Source of the DNA: Gammaproteobacteria bacterium
GTDB taxonomy: Bacteria; Pseudomonadota; Gammaproteobacteria; GCA-001735895
DNA length: 64,000 nucleotides
Direction of reading: 5' to 3'
Assembly (NCBI GenBank): GCA_050295575.1
Contig: JBNKPX010000002.1
Span: 1,817-65,816 of the forward strand
The translations under genes were made by a program, and so were the position numbers. This document shows, piece by piece, positions 1 to 9,071 of the stretch (positions are counted from its first letter, which is position 1; each line of letters starts with the position of its first letter). The notes below the pieces were generated by a model. The model was not told the DNA's origin. It saw nothing but the letters and a program-made list of their open reading frames with translations, and did not search any database.

Positions 1-171
1 ACCGACTCAGTTCAGTTACGCGCTTTTGGATGGAGCATGCCACTACAAATCACCGCCAGTCCACTGTGGATGACCCTGTTACTCGGTTTGCTGGCTGCAT
101 TAATCGCAAGCCTATATCCGGCCTGGCATGCAAGTCGTCATAATCCAGCTGGTCAGTTACGCGAGGATTAA
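1..171 (+). CDS. FtsX/MacB-type ABC transporter permease, C-terminal fragment (start outside window)
   Basis: Frame 1 is open from nt 1 to TAA 169-171. It reads ...PLWMTLLLGLLAALIASLYPAWHASRHNPAGQLRED, the usual last TM helix and tail of FtsX-family permeases. Confidence 0.6.
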   Translation, partial: TDSVQLRAFGWSMPLQITASPLWMTLLLGLLAALIASLYPAWHASRHNPAGQLRED

Positions 172-173
172 GA

Positions 174-1289
174 ATGAAAATTGCCACCGTCCTTTGCCTG
201 TTATTACTGATATCGGCCTGTGATTCATCCACACAACCAGACCAGCCTGGCGAGAGCTTAAGTGTCAGTCGCGCGATGCAGGCCTTACCTGATGCTGGCT
301 TTAAACGCGCTGAGACTATTCGTGAATTTAGTTTCCCCGCAGACCATGGCCCCCATGAAGAATTCGCTACAGAGTGGTGGTATTTTACAGGTAATTTAAA
401 TTCAGATGCAGGTGAAGCTGTAGGCTATCAACTGACCCTGTTTAGATTAGGCATGAAGTCTGCTTCAGTGAATGATATCTCACCCTGGCGTACTCACCAG
501 TTGTATATGGGCCATCTTGCCGTTAGTGATATCAACAATCGCAAGCATTACAGCGATGAACGCTTTAGCCGAGCAGCTGTAGGACTGGCTGGCGCAGAAA
601 CCTACCCGCTCAAGGTATGGTTAGGCCCCTGGACTATATCTGGCGCTCAGAATGGCTTATTCCCTATCAAACTAAACGCTGAAAATGATGATATTGCAAT
701 CGATTTAATCTTACAGGACTCGGGTAAGCCTGTTGTATTGCAAGGCAACAAAGGGCTCTCACAAAAGAGTGCCGCAGCAGGTAATGCCTCATATTATTAC
801 TCGTACACTCGCCTACCCACACAAGGAAGCGTACGTATAGCTAATCGAAACCTGAGCGTTACGGGAAGCTCCTGGTTTGACCGCGAATGGTCCAGCTCAG
901 CACTGGCAAAGGATCAACAGGGCTGGGACTGGTTTTCACTGCAACTGGATGATCAGCGCGAAATCATGTTCTATCAACTACGCGACAAACAGGGGCATAC
1001 ACAGAGATTCAGCGAGGGCGTTCTGATCAATAGCAACGGTCAATCACAAAAGCTCAATCTGGATAACACTCAACTAAAGCCATTGTCTACATGGCAAAAT
1101 CCACAGGGTGTGAGATATCCAGTTAGCTGGTCGCTTAAGATACCGGAGATAGATATCGACCTACGAGTAGAGGCAGCCTTTAATGATCAGGAAATGCGTC
1201 ATAGCGTGCATTACTGGGAAGGCGCCGTAGTGGTTAGTGGTAGCCACAGCGGGAAAGGATATCTGGAACTAAGTGGATACGAAAAATAA
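174..1289 (+). CDS. AttH/CrtC-like (hydroxyneurosporene-synthase fold) lipoprotein
   Basis: 371-aa ORF starting 2 nt after the permease stop. Lipobox LLISAC. FATEWWYFTGNL and WFDREWSS motifs are typical of the AttH/CrtC family that accompanies FtsX-type ABC systems. Confidence 0.7.
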   Translation: MKIATVLCLLLLISACDSSTQPDQPGESLSVSRAMQALPDAGFKRAETIREFSFPADHGPHEEFATEWWYFTGNLNSDAGEAVGYQLTLFRLGMKSASVNDISPWRTHQLYMGHLAVSDINNRKHYSDERFSRAAVGLAGAETYPLKVWLGPWTISGAQNGLFPIKLNAENDDIAIDLILQDSGKPVVLQGNKGLSQKSAAAGNASYYYSYTRLPTQGSVRIANRNLSVTGSSWFDREWSSSALAKDQQGWDWFSLQLDDQREIMFYQLRDKQGHTQRFSEGVLINSNGQSQKLNLDNTQLKPLSTWQNPQGVRYPVSWSLKIPEIDIDLRVEAAFNDQEMRHSVHYWEGAVVVSGSHSGKGYLELSGYEK

Positions 1290-1370
1290 AACACTGTGGT
1301 TTATTCACTGATAGTTAAAACAGCAATTTCACCTAAATCCGTAGTTTAAGGTTTAAAATAATTGATAAAA

Positions 1371-1451
1371 CGGGGAAGCAGCTTGCTTCCCCGTATTAAC
1401 TTAAGGAACCTCTGATTATTTCAGAGGTTCCTTCGGCACAGGGATGTGCCG
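1371..1451. other. three back-to-back perfect stem-loops in a convergent intergenic region
   Basis: CGGGGAAGC/GCTTCCCCG (1371-1393), AAGGAACCTCTGA/TCAGAGGTTCCTT (1403-1433) and CGGCACA/TGTGCCG (1434-1451). Weaker hairpins continue to about 1560. Confidence 0.6.
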
Positions 1452-1593
1452 CCAAAATCAATGACTGCAAGCCTTTGATTTTGAGAGAAAAGCGAAAATC
1501 GCATTTTTCGTTTTTCTCGCTCAAAGAATTCATGGATGAATTATTCAGAACTTCCTTAAGCTTGTAAGGCTGATAATCGTTTTCCATCTGAGA

Positions 1594-2295
1594 TTATTCT
1601 ATCTGGGCTAGCTGTGCCCCCTCTCTGGAAACATAGAGTACGAGGTTTAAAGGGTCATCTTCATCTGCATGAAAGAAGCCCTGACTGTCCCAGGGTACCA
1701 ATGTGGGAATATCTCCTAAAGCGGTATCGCGAATTTCGGTATTATCAAATTGAATTTGGAAACGACACATTGTTGATCGACAGTCATTAGCAATCACGTT
1801 GACACCTACATATTGTTTATTATTGATACTATTCAAAATCTCATTTTGTGCCCAGTAGCTCCAGCCAGGATCAGGTTCTTCATATTGAAGCTGCTGATCT
1901 AAAGTGTTTATCTGAGCTGAGATCATTTCCTGTTCAGCCATTTTTTGCTGGTAAGGTTGTAATTCAACATCTTGATCAGTATCTGTTGCACTAGTCTCCT
2001 GATAAGTCTGCTGGTTGTCATGTATTAGTTGAATGTTTTCTGCTTGATTGATCTGCGTTGTCTGTTGCAAGTCCTTTAATTGTATTTGAAGACTTTTTAG
2101 ATCTTGTTGTAGATAAGAAATCTCATCCCGAGATTGCTCCAGATCTGAGTTGTTAGTTGTGGTTTCTGTAGGTATTGATTTGAGGGCCAGTGATTTTACC
2201 TGACCAGAGTTTTCCTTATTTGTTACAACCCACAAAATTGCCAGTCCGCATATAAAGCCAATGATAGTTGCTGTAAATTTATGTTTAGTTTTCAT
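1594..2295 (-). CDS. membrane-anchored Gln-rich coiled-coil protein, function unknown
   Basis: 233-aa ORF with N-terminal TM helix ATIIGFICGLAILWVV, a Q-rich heptad-like middle and a Cys-containing C-terminal domain. No family recognised. Confidence 0.55.
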   Translation of the reverse strand: MKTKHKFTATIIGFICGLAILWVVTNKENSGQVKSLALKSIPTETTTNNSDLEQSRDEISYLQQDLKSLQIQLKDLQQTTQINQAENIQLIHDNQQTYQETSATDTDQDVELQPYQQKMAEQEMISAQINTLDQQLQYEEPDPGWSYWAQNEILNSINNKQYVGVNVIANDCRSTMCRFQIQFDNTEIRDTALGDIPTLVPWDSQGFFHADEDDPLNLVLYVSREGAQLAQIE

Positions 2296-2314
2296 ATTTT
2301 AGTTCCATAAAAGA

Positions 2315-2340
2315 GTGGCAGAGATAAACAGCTCTGCCAC
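2315..2340 (-). terminator. rho-independent terminator candidate after the 2426..2923 gene
   Basis: GTGGCAGAG-8 nt loop-CTCTGCCAC. On the minus strand the hairpin is followed by TCTTTTAT. Confidence 0.55.
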
Positions 2341-2425
2341 AAATCAACATCGCGATTAAGGATTGATTATTGATAATGTCTTAGCTTTTACCGGCATCAC
2401 TTATTAAGTGAAACCGTCAGCGAGA

Positions 2426-2923
2426 CTATTCGTCAACACGGTAGCTCACCAGAAAGGAGGGATTTCCATTATAACGTGGGGGCACTGTGCATCTGAATAC
2501 CGTGTAACCAGAATTCGCGTACATTGGCTGCGAGGGGTAACTCAGTTTTTGTGGTGTGGAGGAAGTACCAGTCGATGAACGAGTGGTGAACCAGCCCGAT
2601 GCTCCAGTACTTGTTGCACTCTGTGTCGCAAGTGTGCAACTAATATTGGCGAAGTAATGCATATCCTTGACATAAAAATGTCCATCCTGAAGAGATGTAT
2701 CAGCAACGGTTTCTTTTACAACGGGACAGTCCATATGCAGATCAACCAAGGAGCTGGCATTATTATAAGCGCGTCCATAAGAATACCTTGCGTTACCAGA
2801 TGAGTATGCATCGACACATTCCGCTGCCGCATATATTTTTCCATCAGCAGCGAAGGCGGGTGGGGTAAGTCCGAGGGCAAAAAGCAAGCCTACTACAGAT
2901 GAAGTCGTGATCGACTTTTTCAT
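2426..2923 (-). CDS. secreted cysteine-containing protein, function unknown
   Basis: ORF 2426..2953. The likely start is the internal MKKSITTSSVVGLLFALGLTPPAFA signal peptide (Met11). Several paired Cys. No family recognised. Confidence 0.55.
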   Translation of the reverse strand: MKKSITTSSVVGLLFALGLTPPAFAADGKIYAAAECVDAYSSGNARYSYGRAYNNASSLVDLHMDCPVVKETVADTSLQDGHFYVKDMHYFANISCTLATQSATSTGASGWFTTRSSTGTSSTPQKLSYPSQPMYANSGYTVFRCTVPPRYNGNPSFLVSYRVDE

Positions 2924-3337
2924 AGATTTTCTCCATTTAACATTTAGTTTCAACCTTGTACCAGTTCAAAACATCTCCATATTTCCATTAAGTGAACTGG
3001 TTTCAATAGAGCAACTACAAGTAAACTCAGGTTTGAGACTAGTTGCAAAATATCATCAGTTCTATGAAATAGCGCACAGATAATTGTGATATATTCACAT
3101 TTAAAATTCGTAAACTGACTGATGGTAGAATTTTTAGCTGAAGCTTAAAAGCTTTGGAACCTTTGATCTATACTCCGATAACATCAGCATTGGTTTATCT
3201 AATAAAAGGCTTATACTGTGATAAAATAAAATCATGAGAACTATGCAGATAACAAAAAGCAGGCAATCACGATATTTGCACTGTCACTTATCCCCTGTTG
3301 GCAACAGGAATTAATCTAAAAATAATCTGGAGATAAT

Positions 3338-3967
3338 ATGGATCTTATTCAAGGCTTATTGCTAATTACTTCAATTCATCTTTTAGCAGCCGCATCACCT
3401 GGACCTGATTTTGTACTTGTATCACAACAAACACTGATAAATGGTCGAAGAGCAGGTTTAATGTGTAGCCTTGGAATATCACTTGGTCTTTCAGTTCACA
3501 TTCTATATTCTGCTTTTGGTTTAGCAGCCGTAATTGCCAGCTCTATTTCAGCGCTATGGGCAATAAAAATATTTGGCGGTAGTTATTTGATTTACCTGGG
3601 CATCAAAGGAATCAGGTCCAAATCCTCAAATAATTCTGAACAGAATAATAATGTTAATATCAGTAAATCATCTTTAAAAATAGTTGCTGTTGGTTTTCTT
3701 TGTAATGTATTAAACCCAAAGGCACCTATCTACTTCATATCTCTATTTACTATTGTTTTATCTCCAGATATGCCTCTATATCATATTGCTATTTACGGCC
3801 TGTGGATGATGTGCATTCAGTTCATCTGGTTTTCTCTGGTGGCTATTTTATTATCAAAGCCGGTCATCAATAGAAAATTTAAGAGATTCAGCCACTGGAT
3901 TGACCGTGTATTAGGAGTAGCAATGATCGGACTTGGGTTAAAAATTATTGCAACACGTACCAACTAA
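3338..3967 (+). CDS. LysE/RhtB family amino-acid exporter
   Basis: 209-aa, about six-TM protein. N-terminal ...AAASPGPDFVLV and mid LNPKAPIYF motifs are characteristic of the LysE family. Confidence 0.85.
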   Translation: MDLIQGLLLITSIHLLAAASPGPDFVLVSQQTLINGRRAGLMCSLGISLGLSVHILYSAFGLAAVIASSISALWAIKIFGGSYLIYLGIKGIRSKSSNNSEQNNNVNISKSSLKIVAVGFLCNVLNPKAPIYFISLFTIVLSPDMPLYHIAIYGLWMMCIQFIWFSLVAILLSKPVINRKFKRFSHWIDRVLGVAMIGLGLKIIATRTN

Positions 3968-4076
3968 ATGTAACGATCAATTCAAATGTATTTTGACACG
4001 GAAAAATGGTTAGCCACTTCCAATGTGCTAATGATTTGAAACATTCATAAAAAATTAATTCCAGGGAGATTCAATC

Positions 4077-4925
4077 ATGACATGGGAAAGATTTGGATAT
4101 ATTTGCCGTAAGGCAAGCGTTGACTGTAAAGATCAGGAAGCTATGTCTGAATGCCTGAGTAGGATTGGTACTGAAAGTGTCTGCAATCTATATGGCAGCA
4201 GAATCATCGCTGGTAGTTGGCCTGGAGTCATACTCGACAAAATTGGGCGTATAACGGATAAGAGTGAGGCCCAGGATGCTATAAACACTTATAAAAATTT
4301 GGACCTGACCAGGCACTTTGAAGAGCCCATGAGGTTTAAGCGTGTAATTGCCTATCTGAGTTATGTCACCATCATCTTTTACATTGTCGTTGGAATCTAT
4401 CAGCTTTTTATTGCCCCATCATTTTTAGAGGCTATTGAAAACCTGGAAATATCTCCTCCAATACATTTAATGTTTTATCAAGACTACTGGGGCTACCTTG
4501 TGTTAGTAGTCTCGTTATTCCTGATTACTGCATTGCTAACAGGCTTTCAAATACGAAAATTATTCAAGTTCGAGACAGGAGTAGAAAATAGCCTGATCAT
4601 CAAATACCTGGTATCTCGGAATATCAGGCGTTCATATCTTAGGGTGATCGATATACTACAGTTTCCAATCCACCATTCTATACAATCAGAAAGCAGTGTT
4701 GCCAGCCCTATTACTGATCATCTTCAGCTGATTAAAAATTCAAAAATGAGCCTGGCGGTAGAAATGCAGGAACTGATTGAAATTGAAATGCGACGACTTC
4801 TGGAAAGTTGCGAGAAGCAAATGAAAGTTCTCTACACAGTAGTAGCGCTAATAGTAGTTGCTGCAGTATTCTTTTTCCTGGTCAGTGCCTACTCACCAAT
4901 TTTCATTCTAGGAGAAATCGTATGA
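4077..4925 (+). CDS. membrane protein with a single GspF/PilC-like platform domain (tentative)
   Basis: Three predicted TM helices. The C-terminus [42 protein letters not shown] mirrors the PilC/GspF C-terminal signature (LLEP...A.Y.PIF.LG..V). Its stop overlaps the pilin ATG (ATGA). Confidence 0.45.
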   Translation: MTWERFGYICRKASVDCKDQEAMSECLSRIGTESVCNLYGSRIIAGSWPGVILDKIGRITDKSEAQDAINTYKNLDLTRHFEEPMRFKRVIAYLSYVTIIFYIVVGIYQLFIAPSFLEAIENLEISPPIHLMFYQDYWGYLVLVVSLFLITALLTGFQIRKLFKFETGVENSLIIKYLVSRNIRRSYLRVIDILQFPIHHSIQSESSVASPITDHLQLIKNSKMSLAVEMQELIEIEMRRLLESCEKQMKVLYTVVALIVVAAVFFFLVSAYSPIFILGEIV

Positions 4926-5401
4926 AAAATATTAAAGGATTTACTTTAATTGAGTTAATGGTAGTTGTTGCAATAATTGGGATATTGGCAGCAATTGCTT
5001 TACCTTCATATCAAGTCTATGTTCAAAGAAGTGAGGTGGTTGAGGCTTTAAGCATGGCGGGTACTATAAGAGAAAACATAACCAACTACTATGTTGAGCA
5101 ACTGGAATTTCCTGTAAACAATGAGATGGCTGGAGTACCGGAACCAAAATATTTAATAGGCAACAGGATTACAGGCGTTGTTATAGATTCTGGTGCGATC
5201 CACGTTACTATGGGAAATAAAGCCTCAAAGCCACTGCAAGGCAAGGTTTTATCCTTCCGGCCAGCAGTGGTCAAGGGAAGCCCGAAAAGCCCAATTGCCT
5301 GGCTTTGCGGATACGATGAACCTGTAACAGGTATGGAAGCGGTTGGAAGTAACAGGACTGATCTGGAAAGAGAATATCTGCCCTCTGCCTGTCGGGGTTA
5401 G
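4922..5401 (+). CDS. type IVa pilin (PilA/PilE family)
   Basis: [31 protein letters not shown] class III signal peptide with Glu+5. C-terminal Cys pair (WLCG...SACRG). The ORF-track start at 4808 is an upstream in-frame extension. Confidence 0.9.
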   Translation: MKNIKGFTLIELMVVVAIIGILAAIALPSYQVYVQRSEVVEALSMAGTIRENITNYYVEQLEFPVNNEMAGVPEPKYLIGNRITGVVIDSGAIHVTMGNKASKPLQGKVLSFRPAVVKGSPKSPIAWLCGYDEPVTGMEAVGSNRTDLEREYLPSACRG

Positions 5402-5485
5402 CAAAATATTTATACTTAACATTGTTGCCGACCGGGAACCCTCCCCTATTGTAGTTGATCGGGATTGTTTAATTTTGAGACAGAC

Positions 5486-5938
5486 ATGACTTACTCAATA
5501 ATTCGTAAAGTGGAGCCACAGGACATAGATCAGCTAGTCAATCTATGTAGCCTGCATGCTGAGCATGAAGGTACAACTTATGATAAAACGGGTAAAGAAA
5601 AAAAACTGAGACATGCTTTTTTTAGCGAGCCATCATCGGCACATTGTCTGGTGGCCGAAAGAGATGCGGAAATCCTTGGGTATGCTACTGCGACTAAAGA
5701 GTTTTCCACATGGGATGCAGATTATTACTTACATATGGATTGCTTATATATCCTTGAGAAAGCCCGAGGGGAAGGACTGGGCTCCAGGTTTATTAATACA
5801 CTCAAGAAACTCGCATATGATAATAAGTGCACTCAGATACAGTGGCAAACTCCTGTAGATAATGAAAAAGCCATACGTTTTTATCACAAGCATGGTGCTA
5901 TGAGTAAAGAGAAAAAGAGATTTTTCCTTGATATTTAA
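5486..5938 (+). CDS. GNAT family N-acetyltransferase
   Basis: About 150 aa. Acetyl-CoA pocket-like RGEGLGSRFI motif. The ATG at 5486 is preferred over the TTG at 5465. Confidence 0.8.
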   Translation: MTYSIIRKVEPQDIDQLVNLCSLHAEHEGTTYDKTGKEKKLRHAFFSEPSSAHCLVAERDAEILGYATATKEFSTWDADYYLHMDCLYILEKARGEGLGSRFINTLKKLAYDNKCTQIQWQTPVDNEKAIRFYHKHGAMSKEKKRFFLDI

Positions 5939-6013
5939 TTTATTTAACTACTGACTGCTTCGAAACGAGCTACCGATCCGTCCACTGAGACTGAACACTT
6001 ATTACAACACAAA

Positions 6014-6571
6014 ATGGAAATTACACTGCTAAGACACGGTAAACCAGATATTCCATCCTTAAACAAGTTGAACGCTTTTGCCTTCACCCAATGGATTCAG
6101 GATTACAATGCAGCTGTATTATCCGCGACATCAAAACCAACGCCTGAAGCACTCACTTGCGCTAGAGATAGTAAAGCCATCGTAAGTAGTAAACTACGGC
6201 GATCAATCGACTCAGCTACGGCACTAGATACTGGAAAATTGATTTTATCAAGTTCAATGTTTAATGAAGCAGGTCTCCCCTCTGCTAACTGGCATAGCTT
6301 GAAACTATCACCAAAGATTTGGGCTGTGTTTTTTAGAATTCTTTGGCTGTTTGGCTACTCAAAAAATTCAGAATCATTTACTGAGGCAAAAAACAGAGCA
6401 ACTGAAGCAGCCAAAGTACTTATAGAATTGGCTAATGAGCATGAAAAGGTTATCTTTGTAGGTCATGGCGTGTTCAACAGAATTATCGCAACCGAACTTG
6501 GAAAAAACGGCTGGGCTGGCCCCAAAAACCCAGGTTCACAACACTGGGAATTTAGGGTTTACAAAAAATAA
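6014..6571 (+). CDS. histidine phosphatase (phosphoglycerate mutase-like) family protein
   Basis: N-terminal LLRHGKP catalytic RHG motif and a distal VGHG histidine. Confidence 0.75.
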   Translation: MEITLLRHGKPDIPSLNKLNAFAFTQWIQDYNAAVLSATSKPTPEALTCARDSKAIVSSKLRRSIDSATALDTGKLILSSSMFNEAGLPSANWHSLKLSPKIWAVFFRILWLFGYSKNSESFTEAKNRATEAAKVLIELANEHEKVIFVGHGVFNRIIATELGKNGWAGPKNPGSQHWEFRVYKK

Positions 6572-6582
6572 CAAATAATCTC

Positions 6583-7101
6583 ATGAAAACATACATTATT
6601 TTATTAAGGGGCGTAAATGTTGGGGGTAAAAACTTACTTCCAATGAAAGAGCTCAGAACTCTGCTAGAAAGCAATGGCTTCCAAAATGTTAACACGTATA
6701 TTCAAAGTGGCAACATTGTTCTAACTGCAAGTCAGAGACCTGAAAATGAAATTGAAACATTAATTCAGAATGAATTTGGATTTACTCCAGTGATACTGAC
6801 TTTATCTAAAGAAGAGTTCAAGTCAGCAGTTGCGAACAACCCCTATAAAGAATATGAGGGTAAATTTGTACATTTTTACTTTTGTATGGATACTCCTGGA
6901 TTGAACACCACAAAACTGGAAGGTCTGGCTTCTGAAACAGAACGCTATAAGGTTGCTGATAAAGTCTTCTATCTACATGCGCCAGATGGCATAGGTCGAT
7001 CTAAGCTGGTTAAAAAGATAGAAGATTGTTTAGGTGTTAGTGCTACCGGACGCAATCTAAATACAGTAAAAAAGCTCGAAGAAATGATGAGCCTGAAATA
7101 G
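6583..7101 (+). CDS. DUF1697 domain protein
   Basis: YIILLRGVNVGGKNLLPMKELR N-terminus is the family signature. Confidence 0.8.
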   Translation: MKTYIILLRGVNVGGKNLLPMKELRTLLESNGFQNVNTYIQSGNIVLTASQRPENEIETLIQNEFGFTPVILTLSKEEFKSAVANNPYKEYEGKFVHFYFCMDTPGLNTTKLEGLASETERYKVADKVFYLHAPDGIGRSKLVKKIEDCLGVSATGRNLNTVKKLEEMMSLK

Positions 7102-7431
7102 CTATTAATATTGACTGGCAGTATACCGGTGTCAACAGTCATCCGGATTTTATAGAAGGTTAACTATATTGCAAATTTAATTATTTAAGTCAGGATGACT
7201 TTTGGCTGTTTAAAAGGCCTTGCTTATTTGCTCTGAAACCAGATATTCGTATTGTGTACAGCAATACGGCAAGTATGTGCGAGGAGCGGTCATTGATTAA
7301 TTTATCTATGAATGAGAATATAATACGACATAATTCAATATACGTGCGTACAACATAAGTCAATATTTGTGCGTATCTCATAATCAAGCTGTTCTAGCTA
7401 TTATACCCTTTAAGGGAAAACGAAATTTGAG

Positions 7432-8049
7432 ATGATTTCTATAGAGTTTTTACTCACCTCGCTAGTTGTGGTTCTAATTCCAGGAACAGGGGTTTTATAT
7501 ACCGTCGCAACAGGGCTCTTCGTAGGTAAACGTGCCAGTATATTTGCGGCATTCGGCTGCACCCTAGGCATAGTACCTGCTCTTTTAGCCAGCGCTCTTG
7601 GTCTTGCTGCTATCTTTCATACCAGTGCGCTCGCGTTTCAGGTTGTAAAATATGCTGGTGCTGTATACTTACTTTATCTTGCATGGCAAATGTGGCGATC
7701 TTCTGGTCCTCTCTCTTTGAAAAATAGTAAATCAGGCACGAAATACACAGACACTATTGTAAAAGGTTTTTTAATCAATATCCTAAACCCTAAACTTTCT
7801 ATATTCTTTCTGGCTTTCCTACCACAGTTTATCCCTGGCACAGCCGATAGCGTTCTAGTTAGTATGATGGTCCTTGGACTTGTTTTTATGCTTATGACCT
7901 TTGCTGTGTTTATTGTGTACGGTCTTCTTTCAAGCAGTTTTAGCGATTTTATTGTTAAGTCAAAAAGAGCCAGTACTGTCATGCAGAGAATTTTCGCTAC
8001 AAGTTTTGCTGCGCTCGGACTTAAGTTGGCTTTTAGTGATCGGGTATAA
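7432..8049 (+). CDS. LysE/RhtB family exporter (second paralogue)
   Basis: 205-aa multi-TM protein. VVLIPGTGVLY and LNPKLSIFFLAFLPQF motifs. Confidence 0.85.
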   Translation: MISIEFLLTSLVVVLIPGTGVLYTVATGLFVGKRASIFAAFGCTLGIVPALLASALGLAAIFHTSALAFQVVKYAGAVYLLYLAWQMWRSSGPLSLKNSKSGTKYTDTIVKGFLINILNPKLSIFFLAFLPQFIPGTADSVLVSMMVLGLVFMLMTFAVFIVYGLLSSSFSDFIVKSKRASTVMQRIFATSFAALGLKLAFSDRV

Positions 8050-8265
8050 TCGAGTAGCCGAGGGTCTCTAACCCTCAGCCCCCACAACACCTTGCATGCG
8101 GGTTCGCACAGGGCATTTCATTTGCCATTATGAAGCTTGATCCATCCATCAAACCCGGAATTGAAGGTTGGAAAAGGAGGAACAACGCCTTCCAACATTG
8201 ACTTGCCTTTGCCTTTGGCAATGTGCTTCTGTTGTTCATGTCGGATGGCGCTTTGCTCGGCTCTG

Positions 8266-8347
8266 GCGTCCTGCTTCGCCCTACCACCTACATCCATATA
8301 GGCGTCGGCAACTGCGTCCTGCGTTGCCCTCGACAATAGCGTCCTGC
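8266..8347. repeat. three copies of GCGTCCTGC inside a locally GC-rich non-coding patch (about 8060-8400)
   Basis: Exact 9-mers at 8266-8274, 8314-8322 and 8339-8347, each followed by (N)TTG/CGCCCT-like sequence. Only short, mutually overlapping ORFs occur on both strands. Confidence 0.6.
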
Positions 8348-8649
8348 ATTGTCCTACCTTCAACCTTCCATGGTCTCGTACTCTCTGCATCCCTGTCAGG
8401 ATTATCCGACCTACGACAAAAGTTTTTACAGAACTCTTTATATTGCATTAAAAGAACATACCTGGGATTTCAGGAGTGGCAAGTTTGGGTCGACACCGCG
8501 AAATCAGCTAGAATAATCGTCGATGTCCGTTTAGTTAAACACATTAAACCCGAAGTAGATAAATTCTATGAGTCATTTAGAGCTTTCTTCAAGCTGCTTA
8601 TTACACGGGGTTGTTATCCACATACTGGATAAGCTGCAATCATAGAGAT

Positions 8650-9030
8650 TCACTCCAGTAGTTTCTCAATATCAGACTCTTTTGAGGGATGAATAAAAAA
8701 ACCATGTAGCGGATAATCTAACGAATCCAGCACTTTAATATATTGCGCATCATCTTTATCCGAAAATACTATAACTCGTGTTTGTGGAGCATATTTTTTT
8801 AAACTCACTAACAAAACATCCAGATTAGATTTATGCACACCGCTATAGTTTGTGCTGTAGGCATAAAAAAATTCAGCTATTATATAGCGAGGTGTTTCTT
8901 TCCTGATCAGGTTTATAGCTTTACGAATACTATTAACCTTTACTTCATAAAGGCCTTTTCTGGCGTATAAGCCGGTATAATTCGGGTGCATGGAGGATTC
9001 CACAATTGAAATGATGTCTATTTTGGACAT
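8650..9030 (-). CDS. small cytoplasmic protein with receiver(CheY)-like pattern but non-canonical acceptor site (tentative)
   Basis: 126 aa with an alternating beta/alpha pattern. IIAEF replaces the xxxDl acceptor strand, VIVFSD sits at beta4, and GFFIHP replaces the KP of beta5. Confidence 0.4.
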   Translation of the reverse strand: MSKIDIISIVESSMHPNYTGLYARKGLYEVKVNSIRKAINLIRKETPRYIIAEFFYAYSTNYSGVHKSNLDVLLVSLKKYAPQTRVIVFSDKDDAQYIKVLDSLDYPLHGFFIHPSKESDIEKLLE

Positions 9031-9071
9031 GAGCGATCTTAATATTTTTTAACCTCTATGAATTGTAACTA

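Noticed and set aside
4808-4921. Long N-terminal extension of the pilin ORF (start 4808)
   Set aside because: The extension overlaps the upstream gene in another frame. A prepilin leader must be short (MKNIKG/F), so the ATG at 4922 is the biological start.
8060-8115. Group II intron 5' end (minus strand reads GTGCGAACCCGCATGCAAGG...)
   Set aside because: GTGCG alone is too short a signal. An intron in that orientation would run into the lysE coding sequence. No reverse-transcriptase ORF or domain V-like sequence is visible.
8118-8632. ORFs 8118..8390(-), 8075..8287(-), 8168..8632(+) as genes
   Set aside because: They overlap each other in different frames, have low-complexity Ala/Arg/Gln or Cys/Leu-rich translations and no recognisable family. 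I treated them as non-coding or decayed sequence (see the finding on 8060-8400).
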